DNA from: Anthoceros angustus
Taxonomy: Eukaryota > Plantae > Anthocerotophyta
Assembly: GCA_010909165.1 (NCBI GenBank)
Contig: MU008155.1
Location: 2,294,001 to 2,358,000, forward strand
Length of the DNA: 64,000 nt
Direction of reading: 5' to 3'
In this document: piece by piece, positions 22,183-33,489 of the stretch
How the letters are laid out: each line of letters begins with the position of its first letter
Position numbering within the stretch: position 1 is the first letter of the stretch
The notes under the pieces: generated by a model
What the model saw: only the letters and a program-made list of their open reading frames with translations
Told to the model about the DNA's origin: nothing
Databases searched by the model: none
Program-made: the position numbers and the translations under genes

Positions 22183-22553
22183 GCAAATGCCAAAAAACAA
22201 TTGTACTCATGAGCTGTAATCACAATTGCGTTCATTCTGTTGGCCACATCTGCCCAAACAGGTACACTTCCGGGGGTGCATTCAATAATGATTCTTAATT
22301 CCCTCCAAGTTCCCTGCATCAGGGACACGTGATGCCAGGGCGGTCGGCCGCCCCCTTTTCGCCCAGTGGTGAATAAGAGCCGAGCCATATGACCTGGTGG
22401 CCACTTGACCCTGCCCGGGGGTGCAACAGTTGGTTGTGTACAAAACAGTGTGCACGGGCCAAATGGCCCGTTTTCGGGGGTCATTTTTTGGTCTTTGGGG
22501 ACCCAAACCCCTTTAATGGAGAATAACCCCTATCCAGAGAGACGCTATTCATT

Positions 22554-23950
22554 GAACTGAAGACATGAGTGCTCACCCCACTCCCTCCTGGTCGCAAGGC
22601 TATCAAATGCAAATGGACTTTCAAGCGAAAGCTGAAGTCCGACGAAACTACAGAAAGGCTTAAGGCAAGGCTTGTGGCTAAAGGCTAGAGTCAAAAGCCT
22701 GGGCTTGACTACGGGGAAACATCTACGCACCTGTGGTGACCTCTCAATTAGTTAGGTTCCTCCTGGCACTTGCTGCTGAGTACGATCTCGACGTACACCA
22801 GCTTGACATCTCTACAGCATTCCTCTATGCTATACTGAAGGAGACAATCTACATGGAGTAGCCACCTATGTATGAAGATGCAAAAAGGCCCTCCTGGGTA
22901 TGCAAGCTGCTCAAGGGCTTGTATAGCCTTAAGCAATCACCAGCAGAATTTTATGAGCTTACTGACAACCTTCTTCTCGACAATGGCTTTGTCAAGACTC
23001 TTGCTGACTAGAACTTATATCTGCTGCGAAAGGGAGAGCAATTCCTTGTGCTTGCCCTATACATTGACGACTGCATCCTGTTCACAAATGATCCAAAGAA
23101 GATGCTTGTCGATGTGAAGAAAATTTTCGCTACCAGGCTCTCCTTCAGTCCAAGTATGTTCTTGAGATTTTAGACAAGTTCAAGCTCTCGGATGCTCGGC
23201 CTGCACCGACACCACTTCCAGCCGGAGTCAAGCTCACCTTAGCCGATTGCCCCACAACCGAAGTAGAAAAGGAGGACATGGCTAAGGTGCCATACCTTAG
23301 CGCTGTTGGCAGCCTTATCTATCTGCACGGCTGGACACGTTTCGACATTTCCTATGCTGTATCTAGTATAGCACAGTTCATGTCTAATCCTGGCAGGGCA
23401 CACTGGATGTGTGTGAAGCAAATCTACCGTTATCTGAAGGGTACGACTCACCTTGGAATCACCTACAAGAGGTCAAGTAACGGAGTGCTTAACTTTGAGG
23501 GCTAGTCTGATGCCGACTAGGCATCCGACCCCGATGCTCGTCGAAGTGTTGCAGGTTATGTCTTCACTTTGGGAGGATCAGCCATATCATGGTCAAGCAA
23601 GAAGCTTGCCACGATTTCCACATCAAGTGCCGAAAGTGAATATGGTGCCTTATCCAAGGCTGGCAAAGAAATCGTGCACTGCAGGCAAATCCTTGAAGAC
23701 CTTGGCTACCCACAAGCTAACCCCACTATTCTGCATTGTGACAACACTGCAGCCATTGCTTTGACCAAAGATGACAGGTTCCATGCGAGGACAAAGCAGA
23801 TAGAAGTCGCTTACCACTTCATTGGGCAGCTTGCAACCAGAGGCACTTGTCAAGCTTCTATATGTTCCTACATAGTCTAATCTAGCTGACCTCCTCACGA
23901 AGTCGTTAGGCAAAGCCAAGCATGAAACACTCACCTCAGCTTTAGGCTTG
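22554..23950 (+). pseudogene. Copia reverse transcriptase and RNase H, with in-frame stops
   Basis: PPGRKAIKCKWTFKRK...KARLVAKG; HQLDISTAFL; CKLLKGLYSLKQ; PYLSAVGSLIY; RNase H SWSSKKLATISTSSAESEY, CDNTAAI, HARTKQIEVAYHFI. Confidence 0.93.
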
Positions 23951-24017
23951 GTAAACATAAAGGACTCTTATGGATCCCTCATCAAGAACGAAAACGGATG
24001 CTAGAGCTAAGCGGGAG

Positions 24018-24221
24018 TAATAAAGTGACAGCTGGACCATCACCAACAGCCCTACATCCTTAAGTCATGAACCCCTCACACATTCACAGTCGCACCACTT
24101 GACCTCAACTTCCGCACCACTTCACTCATTACCCTGCACAGCATAATGACAATCGTGAACTCTCAAGCTGTAATCAATCGAATACACTCAATGAAAATAA
24201 GAGCAATCTAAACCTTTTCCA
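24018..24221 (+). repeat. Copia 3' LTR (~204 bp; TA...CA termini)
   Basis: Follows AGCGGGAG; its last ~55 bp match 8553-8607; ends CTTTTCCA, and host-gene homology resumes immediately after. Confidence 0.8.
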
Positions 24222-24650
24222 GAATCCGCCCGACCTGGGCTCTTTTCCCCTCTCCCATGCTCATGTATGATTTTATGCCAGAGAAACCATGTCCGCATTC
24301 AACTGATGAAGTCTGACCATGAAATCTTCCATAGTTGCTAATCCAATTGCGCTATCGCTGCAGGCGCAATTGTGGGTGCAATCCCGTCCCGAAACCCCGC
24401 GGACGTGAGCAGCCTGATGCTGCAGGCCACGTCTCACGCCGCCTCCCGCTCCGCTTGCAAGAGGCCGGGCCGGAAACGATCAATCCCGTCCTCCTCGCCT
24501 GCCAGGACACGGAGGTGCCCGCATTCGGCCATCCCCGGCGCCATAGCCGCCCCCGCGGACCTGGCGTCCGTCGCCAGCTTCTTCGGCACCAGATTCCAGT
24601 GGTACAGACTGGAGCTTCAACAACGCGTCCGCGCAGCTGAGCTACCTTCC
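24222..24650 (+). pseudogene. Truncated paralogue of the DUF3455 gene (exon 2 end, intron, exon 3 with deletions)
   Basis: CGCCCGACCTGG matches 6879-6890; intron tail ATCCAATTGCGCTA..GCTGCAG and NPADVSSLMLQATSH match 7017-7115; IPGAIAAPADLASVASFFGTRFQWY matches domain 2. Confidence 0.85.
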
Positions 24651-25084
24651 ATCAGTACCTTCCATGTGCACAATGCTACATTCTGTCTGAGCTAATAGTT
24701 CCCTGAGCTAGATTCGAACTCTGATTCTCCTCTAGTAGGGTATTCCCTAATCCAACTCTACTACCCAGCGCGGACTCTCTGGAGGCCAAATTCAGATCAG
24801 GTGGACAGCAACTTCCTTCACGCTCCAATGCAGGGCTCGGCATGTCCACATGGAAGGGACCGTTTCCAGACCACATAACCATAGACATATATTTTGTACG
24901 AAAGGGCAACGCACGTGCGTCACTGCGTCATAATGCATTGTCTACCAGTGCTTTGCAGTCCCCACCTCCGACCGACTCTGCTATCGTTGAATGTGCTCCT
25001 TCCTCCTGGTCGAGTGAGAGTGACCGGCACTGACTCGAGAGTGCGACATTCATTGGCAGTGAAGGCAGGCTAGCGCATGTGAAA

Positions 25085-26723
25085 ATGAGAAAGGCAGAGT
25101 GCTGTGCAGCTATCGTAGTGGCCCTGTCATGCTCCATCACACTGTTCATACTGGCAGTCGCCAGACCGAAATTCGATGGTGAGCTTCCGATTTCTCCCTT
25201 GCAGTTGCGGGGGCTTGAGAGGGATATTTTGGGGAGCCTTCTTGTGATAGGCACAAAACTGCAGCTCGCTAGGCCAGCTCTTACATCTTTGAATTGGTAT
25301 GGAGTTGTTTTAGGGAGCAATGGACTGGGATGCGAGGAGCTCATGGCATTCAGTGGTCTCGTGTGTCATCAGTTAGGGTTGTCGAAGGAACTCCGGAGGC
25401 CTTCTTCGTGTTTGGGGATTCATATGCAGATACTGGAAACCGTGACAAGACTGCTCCATCGTGGAATGTGCCTTACGGCATAACCTGGCCTGGTTCTCCA
25501 TCTGGCAGATTCTCTAACGGCCTTCACCAGACGGATTTTCTAGGTATGTCTCATGGTCACCCTTCGGATCCGCCTTCGTTCATTCCAAGCATGTTTGCTG
25601 AAGATTTCAAGACCGTCGGTATGAACAAGCAGCTCAGGCACTGCGACTACCCAGCCCGACACCCTACGCTCGGATCAATGGAACCCTTCCCTCCCGGTTA
25701 ACGAAGTACGGCATCAACTTTGCCGTAGGAGGCAGTGGAGTGACAGCGGCGTACGGCTTTCCCACTCTCAGCCAGCAGATCGACCACTTCAACTCCACTC
25801 TGAATCTAGGCTTCTTCTGTCCGGCCACTGTGGCAGGCTCCCTTGCATTTGTGTCTGTATCAGGGAATGACTACAGCGCTGTCACCAGCGATGTGGTAAG
25901 CTTCAAACACTGTGCAGACTTTGCCGTAATTAAGCAATGTGGCATGACTGGTTCCCTAACTCTTGTCTTGGTAAAGGACATGAATGTGTTTGTGGGGACA
26001 GTTGTTGCCCTGGTAGCGCAAGGCCTCACCCGGCTTGCTCAACTCGGAATTGTGAACGCCGTGGTAGTCAACCTCCCTCCCTTCGGCTGCTCACCATCCT
26101 CCACCAGCCCTTCCAACTACACGCAGTGCTCAAACAGCAGTAATGAGCTGGTGTCCTACCACAACCAACTGCTCGACACCGCAGTCCAAGAAGTGAACAG
26201 TCAGTGGAGCACCCGCTTCATTTTGCTGAACCAAACACAAAGCTTCCTCCGCAGTATTGGTGGTAAGGAATTGCATTCCCTTCAAAGCAGACCCGAACTT
26301 CATTTACTGCATTGTAGGTAATCGTCTATCCTGACTCCTTGGATTGATACAGGCTCCCCTGGCCTCCCCTATCCGCTCAGACCTTGCTGTGAAGGCGTAA
26401 GCAGCACTGCCAGCTGCGGGGATGTGGACACCAATGGGGACCCGGCGTACACGGTCTGTGACAATCCTGACTCTCACTTTTTCTGGGACGGAGCTCATCC
26501 TACTCAGCTCGGCTGGAGCTTGGTGGTGAACAGGTATCTGCGCGAAAGGACGTACATCAGCGGGTACCCGGGCCTCACCTTGCAAGACTACTTCAACTTG
26601 ATTACGCGCCCCCAGACTATGAACATCGTGTTCCGCAACAGACGTTCACCCAACCTCGGGGCCTCCCGCTTCGCACGAAGCTTCTTAGACAAGACTCCAT
26701 ATGACAGCCGGTGTGCAATGTAG
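25085..26723 (+). CDS. Secreted GDSL esterase/lipase (SGNH hydrolase), multi-exon
   Basis: Signal peptide; block I FVFGDSYADTGN; PYGITWP..PSGRFSNG; GINFAVGGSG; VSGNDY; NLPPFGCSP; CCEG...C; block V FFWDGAHP; GT-AG introns. Confidence 0.92.
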
Positions 26724-27058
26724 CTAAGATCTCATGTGCCGCAACTTTGAAGTCCTACGGATCCTGCCGTGACACTTTTTCAAGTTCCGGGATGATTCAT
26801 GTTGAGTTCAGATTCATAGAAACTCCGTAACGAAGCTAAGTGATTTCGAGCGGTAGGAGTTCTAGAACCTTAACCTTGTAAGACTCTAGTTTCTAAGTTC
26901 GAAGTGGAGGTCCTTTGAGCACCGATTAACTGTGACGTAGTAATGGCATCCCGTGGGATCTAGGATGGGTTTTAGGATGCCAGCTGGGCGCATAAATGAG
27001 AAAAGGCATTTCAGAGAGAAATGTATAAAAATAATAAATTATCCTGATGCTCACGTCG

Positions 27059-27130
27059 GCGTTTGTAGTCCAACGGTTAGGATATTTGCCTTCCAAGCAA
27101 TAGACCCGGGTTCGACTCCCGGCAGACGCA
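27059..27130 (+). tRNA. tRNA-Gly-TCC: tRNA-Gly (TCC), nuclear type
   Basis: GCGTTTG/CAGACGC acceptor stem, TTGC-CTTCCAA-GCAA anticodon arm, CCGGG-TTCGACT-CCCGG T arm; closely matches plant cytosolic tRNA-Gly(TCC). Confidence 0.95.
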
Positions 27131-27589
27131 TTTGTTCACAATTCCTAGATTGCTGGCCGAGTTATTTTTCCGAACTCAGATACGCACTGGAGGTCAGTTG
27201 GTGGGGACGCGGCGCGAAGGGTAAGCCGCCAGGGGACCGCGCAGGCACTGTTCTCTCACCTGGCGGCGACGGCCAGTCAACTGGCCGAAATGCCCGGTGT
27301 GAATTATCTCCCCCAGATATTTGGGCTCATCCAAACACCTTGCCTGGTGTCATTGGCAGCTTTTCAGATATTTGTACCACCTAGTTAGCGAGTGGACCTC
27401 CATTCCCAGATTGGACGGGGAAACGGAAAGTATCGCCGTGGGCGTGCTTTGCCAACGATCACGCTTGCCGACGCAAGTTGTGACACCGCTTCTGCTTTCT
27501 TTGAAGCGAAGCAAGGCAACCACTCCCGGCGCTGTCTCTATTCAGCCTTTCACAAATAGTACAACTCACAAATTGCCAAGGTTCGCGGG

Positions 27590-28350
27590 CAGTCCGAGCA
27601 CGGCTCACACCTAGTACAGCAATCGGAAAGTGCACTACTCCAACCAATGTTGTAGCTTTGCGCGCATTGCCTCGCTGCCACCGGACCACCTTCACATCCC
27701 CATTCCCCACGGCCACCACGCGCGTACAGCATCATCGCAGAAAAGAAAGTCGCTGCACCCGTTGGCAATCTGAGGGGACAAACAGCAGACCGTGTCAAAA
27801 TCACCTGGACATCGTCAAGCAGGACTGGAAGCAACTTCCAGTCCGCAAAGCACCCTCACATACCTAGTCCGCCACCGGTCCTACCAACCGTTCCGCATCT
27901 GCATTTCCGAAGGCCTCCTTACGTCCGCGCCGACGTCACAATGAACAAAACTCAGACAAGGACGAAGTTCGGAGAAACCGAGGGAGCGCGGCCCTTCCAC
28001 CTCCAAAAGCTCATGAAGCAACGCTTTCGCACACGACTCTCCTTCAGCTCTTCCAAGCTCCAGCCAGATCTGCACACACACACGCATCCACCGCCATCCC
28101 TTGACCGCACCCATTTCCGATCACATCAGGCGAACTACCCCGGACGTAATGCATCTTCGAGCTCAGACTTACAGCTAACCAATTGATAGGCGAGCTTGGC
28201 TGCTACACCCCATCTCCCCGCGCTCGCTATCAATTCATTAGCTGTAAGTTTGAGCACACCAGAGAAAGGCACAGGCTCGGCCAGGGAGCGGGCGCCCAGC
28301 TCGGAGAAGAAGAGAGGCGGCGGGAAGGCAAGCTCCCAGCTCCCTTCCAC
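27590..28350 (-). CDS. Putative spliced gene of unknown function; 3' end unresolved
   Basis: Protein-like ORF pieces MEGSWELAFPPPLFFSELG... / IWLELGRAEGESCAKALLHELLEVEGPRSLGFSELRPCLSFV... / VAVGNGDVKVVRWQRG...TLVGVVHFP, separated by GT-AG candidates; divergent from DUF72. Confidence 0.35.
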
Positions 28351-28375
28351 CCGGCGCCTCCCTCTCCTCTCCGAC

Positions 28376-28410
28376 TCCCGAGTCCCGAGTCCCGAGTCCC
28401 GAGTCCCGAG
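28376..28410. repeat. (TCCCGAG)5 repeat in a probable bidirectional promoter / 5' UTR
   Basis: Five exact 7-mers between divergent genes. Confidence 0.85.
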
Positions 28411-28834
28411 TCCCGGCCCGGGCTAAAAAGGACGGGATGATCCTAAACTATGGGTGCGGTGCAGTGCAATAGACTGTGGAATATGTATGCAAGCTTCCTT
28501 CTCAGCGCAGCCTGCCCACGGCTGCTGACCTGTTTCACGCAGGAAGGCGCCGCGTGGCAGGCCAGTCCAACGAGTGGTGGGACTGGCCTGGAGCCTCATG
28601 TGGGTGAGCGCAACCCTGACGCCCACTCCACGAGGTGACTCCGTTGTACTGCCCACGCCGTCGCCTGCGGCCTGACAACCCTGACATTGAGGTTTTTCCC
28701 GCCCTCGCTGCTCTTGTTGCTCCCGGGACGAGGCACGAGCCGGAGCCCGGGATTGCATTTTGGATCAGCTTGTGTCCACCTAGTTCAAAACCCACCTGCC
28801 GATTATCTCTCAGTTCAGAGCATGTGAGTGGGCG

Positions 28835-31259
28835 ATGGCGGGAGAGGGAGAGGGTTCCCCCGATCGGAAGGTCTGGATGGGGACCACCGGTGAGTGAGTG
28901 AGCCCTTTCTTTCTTTCTTTCTGGAGAAGAAGGACTGACAGACTGTCCAGTCAGAAATGGGGTATCTCACCTGCAGGCCTGGATTCGTCGCCCTGCAGGC
29001 TGGACGGATCCCACCTTGGCACGGTGTGGGAGGTTTTTCCCCGCGTCTTCCCGCACCGCAGAGGATCGTCTACGATATTACAGTACCCAGTTTCCATGTA
29101 TTGGTCTCTTCGGGATGGACATGCGCATACAGCGGGTCTAGGTCAGGGGTGGTGGGTGGTGACATCGGGCGTGCTGTCGCAGGCGTGGAGGTGGACAGCT
29201 CGAATTACGCAATTCCAACCAAAGCTTCCATATCGCGGTGGTTAGGCTGTGTACCCAAGGGGTTCCTTTTCCACTTCAAAGTCTTTGGCTTCTTCTGCAG
29301 GTTGGTGGGGTATCGCTTCGGTCCGCCGGTTCCTTGCCTGGTGAAGTTGACTGCGTTGGATGAGGTTGTGAGCGTGTTACTCAGCTACTGTGATTTGATT
29401 GCCGTGTTTTGTAGCAAGTCATGCCCGTACGGCGCACTACCTTACCAGATCAAGAACCAGATCAAGTGCCCGCCTGATAGTACTGTGCAATTGAGCAGCT
29501 TGTCGGCCGAGCATAAGTACGCTTTCCATGACCTCTTGGGCACGATTTCTGCTGATGCTGATGCGAGTTTCGGTACGCCCCTGAGATTGAGGGAGGCAGG
29601 GCTGAATTGTGGCAGATATTCAATGAGGCTCTATTGCCTGTGTATAAAGCTGGAGCGTTGGGCGTGGTGGTTTTTCAAGTAAGTCGTCCTCGGGTTCTGG
29701 CTTCCCATGTCTTCTGTCACGCCTGTCTCGTTCCTGTCAGAGAATGAACTGGAGAGTTGGTTTGGCTGGCAGTTTCACTTGACTTTCAAGCCTTCGGATG
29801 AGCACAGAAAGCATGTCATGTGGTGTCGTCACAGTCTAGACGCGAGGTTTCCCATGGTATGGTTGTCCCTGTCCAATTTCGCACTCATTTTGGAAACTCT
29901 TGTATGGCAGCCATCTCAGTAGCAACTGCTGGTTGTGAGCAGGCCGTGGAATTTAGATGTAGGGATTGGTTCAACCAAGAAAATGCAGCTGCAACTACCC
30001 AGTGGTTAACAGAAAATCAAATTGCACTTGTTGCTGCGGTAAGCAGCCTTTACTTTAATCAGGGTGTGATCACAGATTTTAGATATCCATTTGGTTGGAG
30101 TCTTTGGAACGAAATCTTCATCCGGGGGATGCGTCCATTTCTCAGTTCTGGAAAATGCTCACTTGCAGGATGAGCTCGAGCATGAGACGTACTTGAAAGG
30201 AAGGCTTTCTGATAGCTTGGTACACTTCCAGCTTTTGCCTTGATTTGCAGATGGATTAGGTCATCTTCTACAGGATATGACTAAATATTTCAATGCGCAG
30301 GTGGTGGCAATTCTACCTATTGCATGGGCTTGCACAGACCCTAGCTATATTTACATCAGGTTACATCGTCGGGAGGTGAGGCAGAGGTCCCCTTCGCAAG
30401 TGACTGGAGATTTTTTGTTCGAAAGGGTGTCCTGATTCTGGCAGGTGGTGCGGTATAGTCTTCTGATTGTTATTGCCTGCTTTGTATAGGGCACAGATCG
30501 CGTTCTCACCTCCAGTGAGCTATCCACGTGGGAAGATCGCTTGAAGAGTAAGTTACCAGACAACCTTAAGGTACTGCACTACCTCGAACTCCTAGTTACA
30601 CATCCAGCAGCTGCAGCAAGTTAAAGTTGATCACTTGTCACAACATGGTGCTGTGGTAGGGGCCCGTGTACTTCCTGTGGGGAACAATATGGGAAGATCA
30701 GGCTGTAACGAACGCAAGGAACCTCTCACAGAAACTTGGGGATTTGGTTCTCGACTGGAAGTCAAAGTATCTGGCAGCTTCAAAAAGCACCCTCCAAAAG
30801 TTCTTCAAGACCTCGTCTGCTAACGAGAATGTCCAAAAGCAATCCACGCATTTGGAATCAGAAGCTGGTGCCAGGGAGGAAGAAAAAGATGAATGCCGTG
30901 CAGACCACAACCATGCCACCAGTGGGGGTGGTGATATCGCACGTTTGAATCAATCAGATCACGACGGAGCTGAGAATGCAGGAGGTGGAGGTGGAGTCCC
31001 TATACACGGTGACGACATGTGGACGAAGGCTGAAGGTGGTGTTCTGGAAGCGGACGCCGAAGAGCATGCATTAAGTGGAATGCCAGACAGCGGCTTGGGC
31101 GCTTCTACTGGAAGTGACCAGGAGCTCCATGGGTGGCCTAGTGTACTGGAGCAAGCTCACGCAGGACATACGGTGACGAGACAGTCGAAAAAGAGGAGGA
31201 AAGAGAATCCCAACCTCAAGTCTTCCAGCATCACCTCTTTTTTCAAGCGTGCCATCTGA
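28835..31259 (+). CDS. DUF72 (UPF0759/YecE-like) protein with low-complexity C-terminal extension, multi-exon
   Basis: MAGEGEGSPDRKVWMGTTG; VEVDSSNYAIP...RW..CVPKGFLFHFKVFG; QFHLTFKP; AVEFRCRDWF; YFLWGTIWEDQAVTNARNL; basic C-terminus KKRRKE...SITSFFKRAI. Confidence 0.78.
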
Positions 31260-31374
31260 CTCATTATTCCAGCGACTATGTATTTTTCTCTGCTACAGAC
31301 CAGGAGTGCCCCGTGTGGAGGTGAGCATAGTCGACTTTTGGGAGGTGGCCTTTCTTCAAACCCGAAGGACACAA

Positions 31375-31628
31375 TGGGAGCACAATGTGCTCTGAGCAGC
31401 ATTGTGCTCGCTTGTGCTGAGGCTCGCAGCAGGGCTGCGTCTGGTTGCAGCTTCCGCTCCCATCCTTTCGGCATCCATCGTGGTCGCTCTCGCAAGCTCC
31501 TTGCTGTGACAGCGGCGGCACACGCCTCCCCTGCCTGGATGTCCGCGTCTCATTCCACATCGTTTGACGCACAATTGGGGCCGGCGCGAGGCGATGTCTG
31601 GGACTTTGGAGTCCAACCTCCTAGGTGA
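31375..31628 (+). CDS. Possible first exon encoding a transit-peptide-like N-terminus of a gene with no visible continuation
   Basis: MGAQCALSSIVLACAEARSRAASGCSFRS... is Ser/Ala/Arg-rich; followed by AT-rich repeat DNA and the Gypsy remnant. Confidence 0.25.
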
Positions 31629-32032
31629 TTTGGTAACGCCGGACGGGGTTCACGCCGGTGGCAACTTCTTCTGCACATTCTTCGTTAGTTCTATCTTATA
31701 ACACGCGGAGTACACGTTGAGCGTTTTGGCACAGCCCAACGAGCCGCACTTCTTCACTCACGGTAGTCGTGGCCCCTTGCCCTGTATGATTTGCCTCATC
31801 GATTACTAGCAAATTAATTATTAATTACTTATTACTACTTAGGTACTCAGGAAAGGTATCACAAACATAAGTTTGGCTCTTACAAGGGTGTGGGATATGA
31901 TCGGTAGTGTATGTTAACAGTATCTTACTATCTTACTATCATGCATAGTTAGAGCTGAAAAGGAGCAAGCTTAGAAAATTAGTTAAAGCCACAAAAGTTG
32001 TAAATGCATTATACTGACAATTAGTGGATAAT

Positions 32033-32325
32033 GTGACTTATAAGCCAGTTACTCAACAACTTATAAGCCAGTTATTGAACACTATGATCTATAAAGCGGG
32101 TTTGACTTATAAGCTGAACAACTTATAAGCCAGTTATTGAACACTATGATCTATAAAGCGGGTTTGACTTATAAGCCGGTTACTGAATACTATGATTTAT
32201 AAGGCGGTTGTGACTTATAAGCCGGTTACTAAACATTGTGACTTACAATCTGGTTACTAAACGTTATGACTTATAAGGCACACTATGACTTATGAGCTGG
32301 TTATTGAATATTGTGACTTACAAAC
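32033..32325. repeat. Array of about a dozen or more GACTTATAAGC-core repeats (self-complementary CTTATAAG)
   Basis: Repeating (TGA)CTTATAAGCC(A/G)GTTA units with a 47-bp higher-order duplicate. Confidence 0.85.
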
Positions 32326-32615
32326 GTTTGCATGAGGAGTTAATAATATAACATTACGTTGTGTGACCCTATGCTATCCCCCTTCCCGCCCTCGAGGGGT
32401 CTCCACTTGGCTTTTTGAGTTGATTTTAAGAGTTACAGTCTTCACCAAAAGATATGACTTGGCCCAGAAACTCGTGCTAAAATTCCACAAGGACATCTTT
32501 GGTGCCTTAGAAAGGCATTCATGTGTAATATCTTACAAATTGCATGCAAAGAAAACTTGTATGCAAAACTTATACAACTTAATCGTAATATCAATTCAAT
32601 GAAAGATCATTAGCC

Positions 32616-33372
32616 TTAGTTTGCACTTAGTCTTTGCAGCAGAGTCTCCAGATGATCCATGTGTTCCTCGATGGTGTTGCTGAAAACCAGGATGTCATCA
32701 ATGTAACAACGCACAAACGGCAGATCTTGCAGCTCCAAATCTGCAATTCTCTGGAAGTATATGGAAGCATTCTTCAACCTAAAGGGCATAGTCTCCCATT
32801 CCCAAAGCTGGTCCTTTCCCCACAAAGCCGTTTTGCACTTATCCTGTTCTTCAATCACGACCTGGTTGAAACCTTAGCGAAAATCCAAAGTGGTAAAGTA
32901 CTTTGCCTTACCAATTGCACCAAAGATCTCATCTAGAGTAGGCATGGGATACTGCTCCATCAGCGTCACTTCGTTGAGAGGTCGATAGTCCCCACACATT
33001 CTCCTATCCTTCCACTCACCATTTTCGTCTCTTCAGTGGGAGGACAGTTGCAGCAGCATATTCAGAACTCGATTTCCGAATCAATCCTGCTTCAAATAGC
33101 TCCCGACAATGCTTGTCCACAATCTCCCACTCTGCTGGACTCAACCTATGCCTTCTCCTGAAGATAGGCTCAGAGCTAGTGGTAACAATCTTGAACTTGA
33201 TCTTATCGTACCTCCCAAGCTCATTCCAACTGAATGCAAAAGCACCTCTGTTCTTCTCGAGCATGTCGATGATCTTTTGCTTGTCCTCTGGACTGAAGTC
33301 TTTATCAATCTTCCAGATGTGAACCTCCTTGGTGACACTCTTGGTTGCAAATTCTGTCTCCACAGTAGTCAT
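32616..33372 (-). pseudogene. Gypsy reverse transcriptase, frameshifted and truncated after YIDD
   Basis: Two ORFs 33016-33372 and 32616-32858; CGDYRPLNE linker; YIDD catalytic motif. Confidence 0.92.
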
Positions 33373-33489
33373 GCTGAACGTGCCTCGGGTTCTTTTCTCT
33401 TCATTTGCCTCTGCTGGCTTTTCATCTTCTACTAGCTAGAAGTAACGGTTCTTCTTTCCCTCACCTCCTGCCAACTGAAATGCCAATCC

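Larger units (their letters stand above)
13537..22549 (+). mobile_element. Sola2-like DDD/E DNA transposon (9.0 kb) inserted in the Copia RT
   Basis: Flanked by CATT at 13533-13536 and 22550-22553 (removal restores SLI-ELKT reading in RT); imperfect TIRs ACTAGTGTTTCTCAGCATAGGGGTTTGTCTCC versus reverse complement AATAGCGTCTCTCTGGATAGGGGTTATTCTCC; transposase motifs inside. Confidence 0.8.
8553..24221 (+). mobile_element. Ty1/Copia LTR retrotransposon, decayed; 5' LTR truncated, internal 1.5-kb duplication, interrupted by a DNA transposon
   Basis: Order gag-PR-INT-RT-RNaseH; 8553-8607 matches the 3' part of the LTR at 24018-24221; iMet-type PBS; purine-rich AGCGGGAG just before the 3' LTR. Confidence 0.93.
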
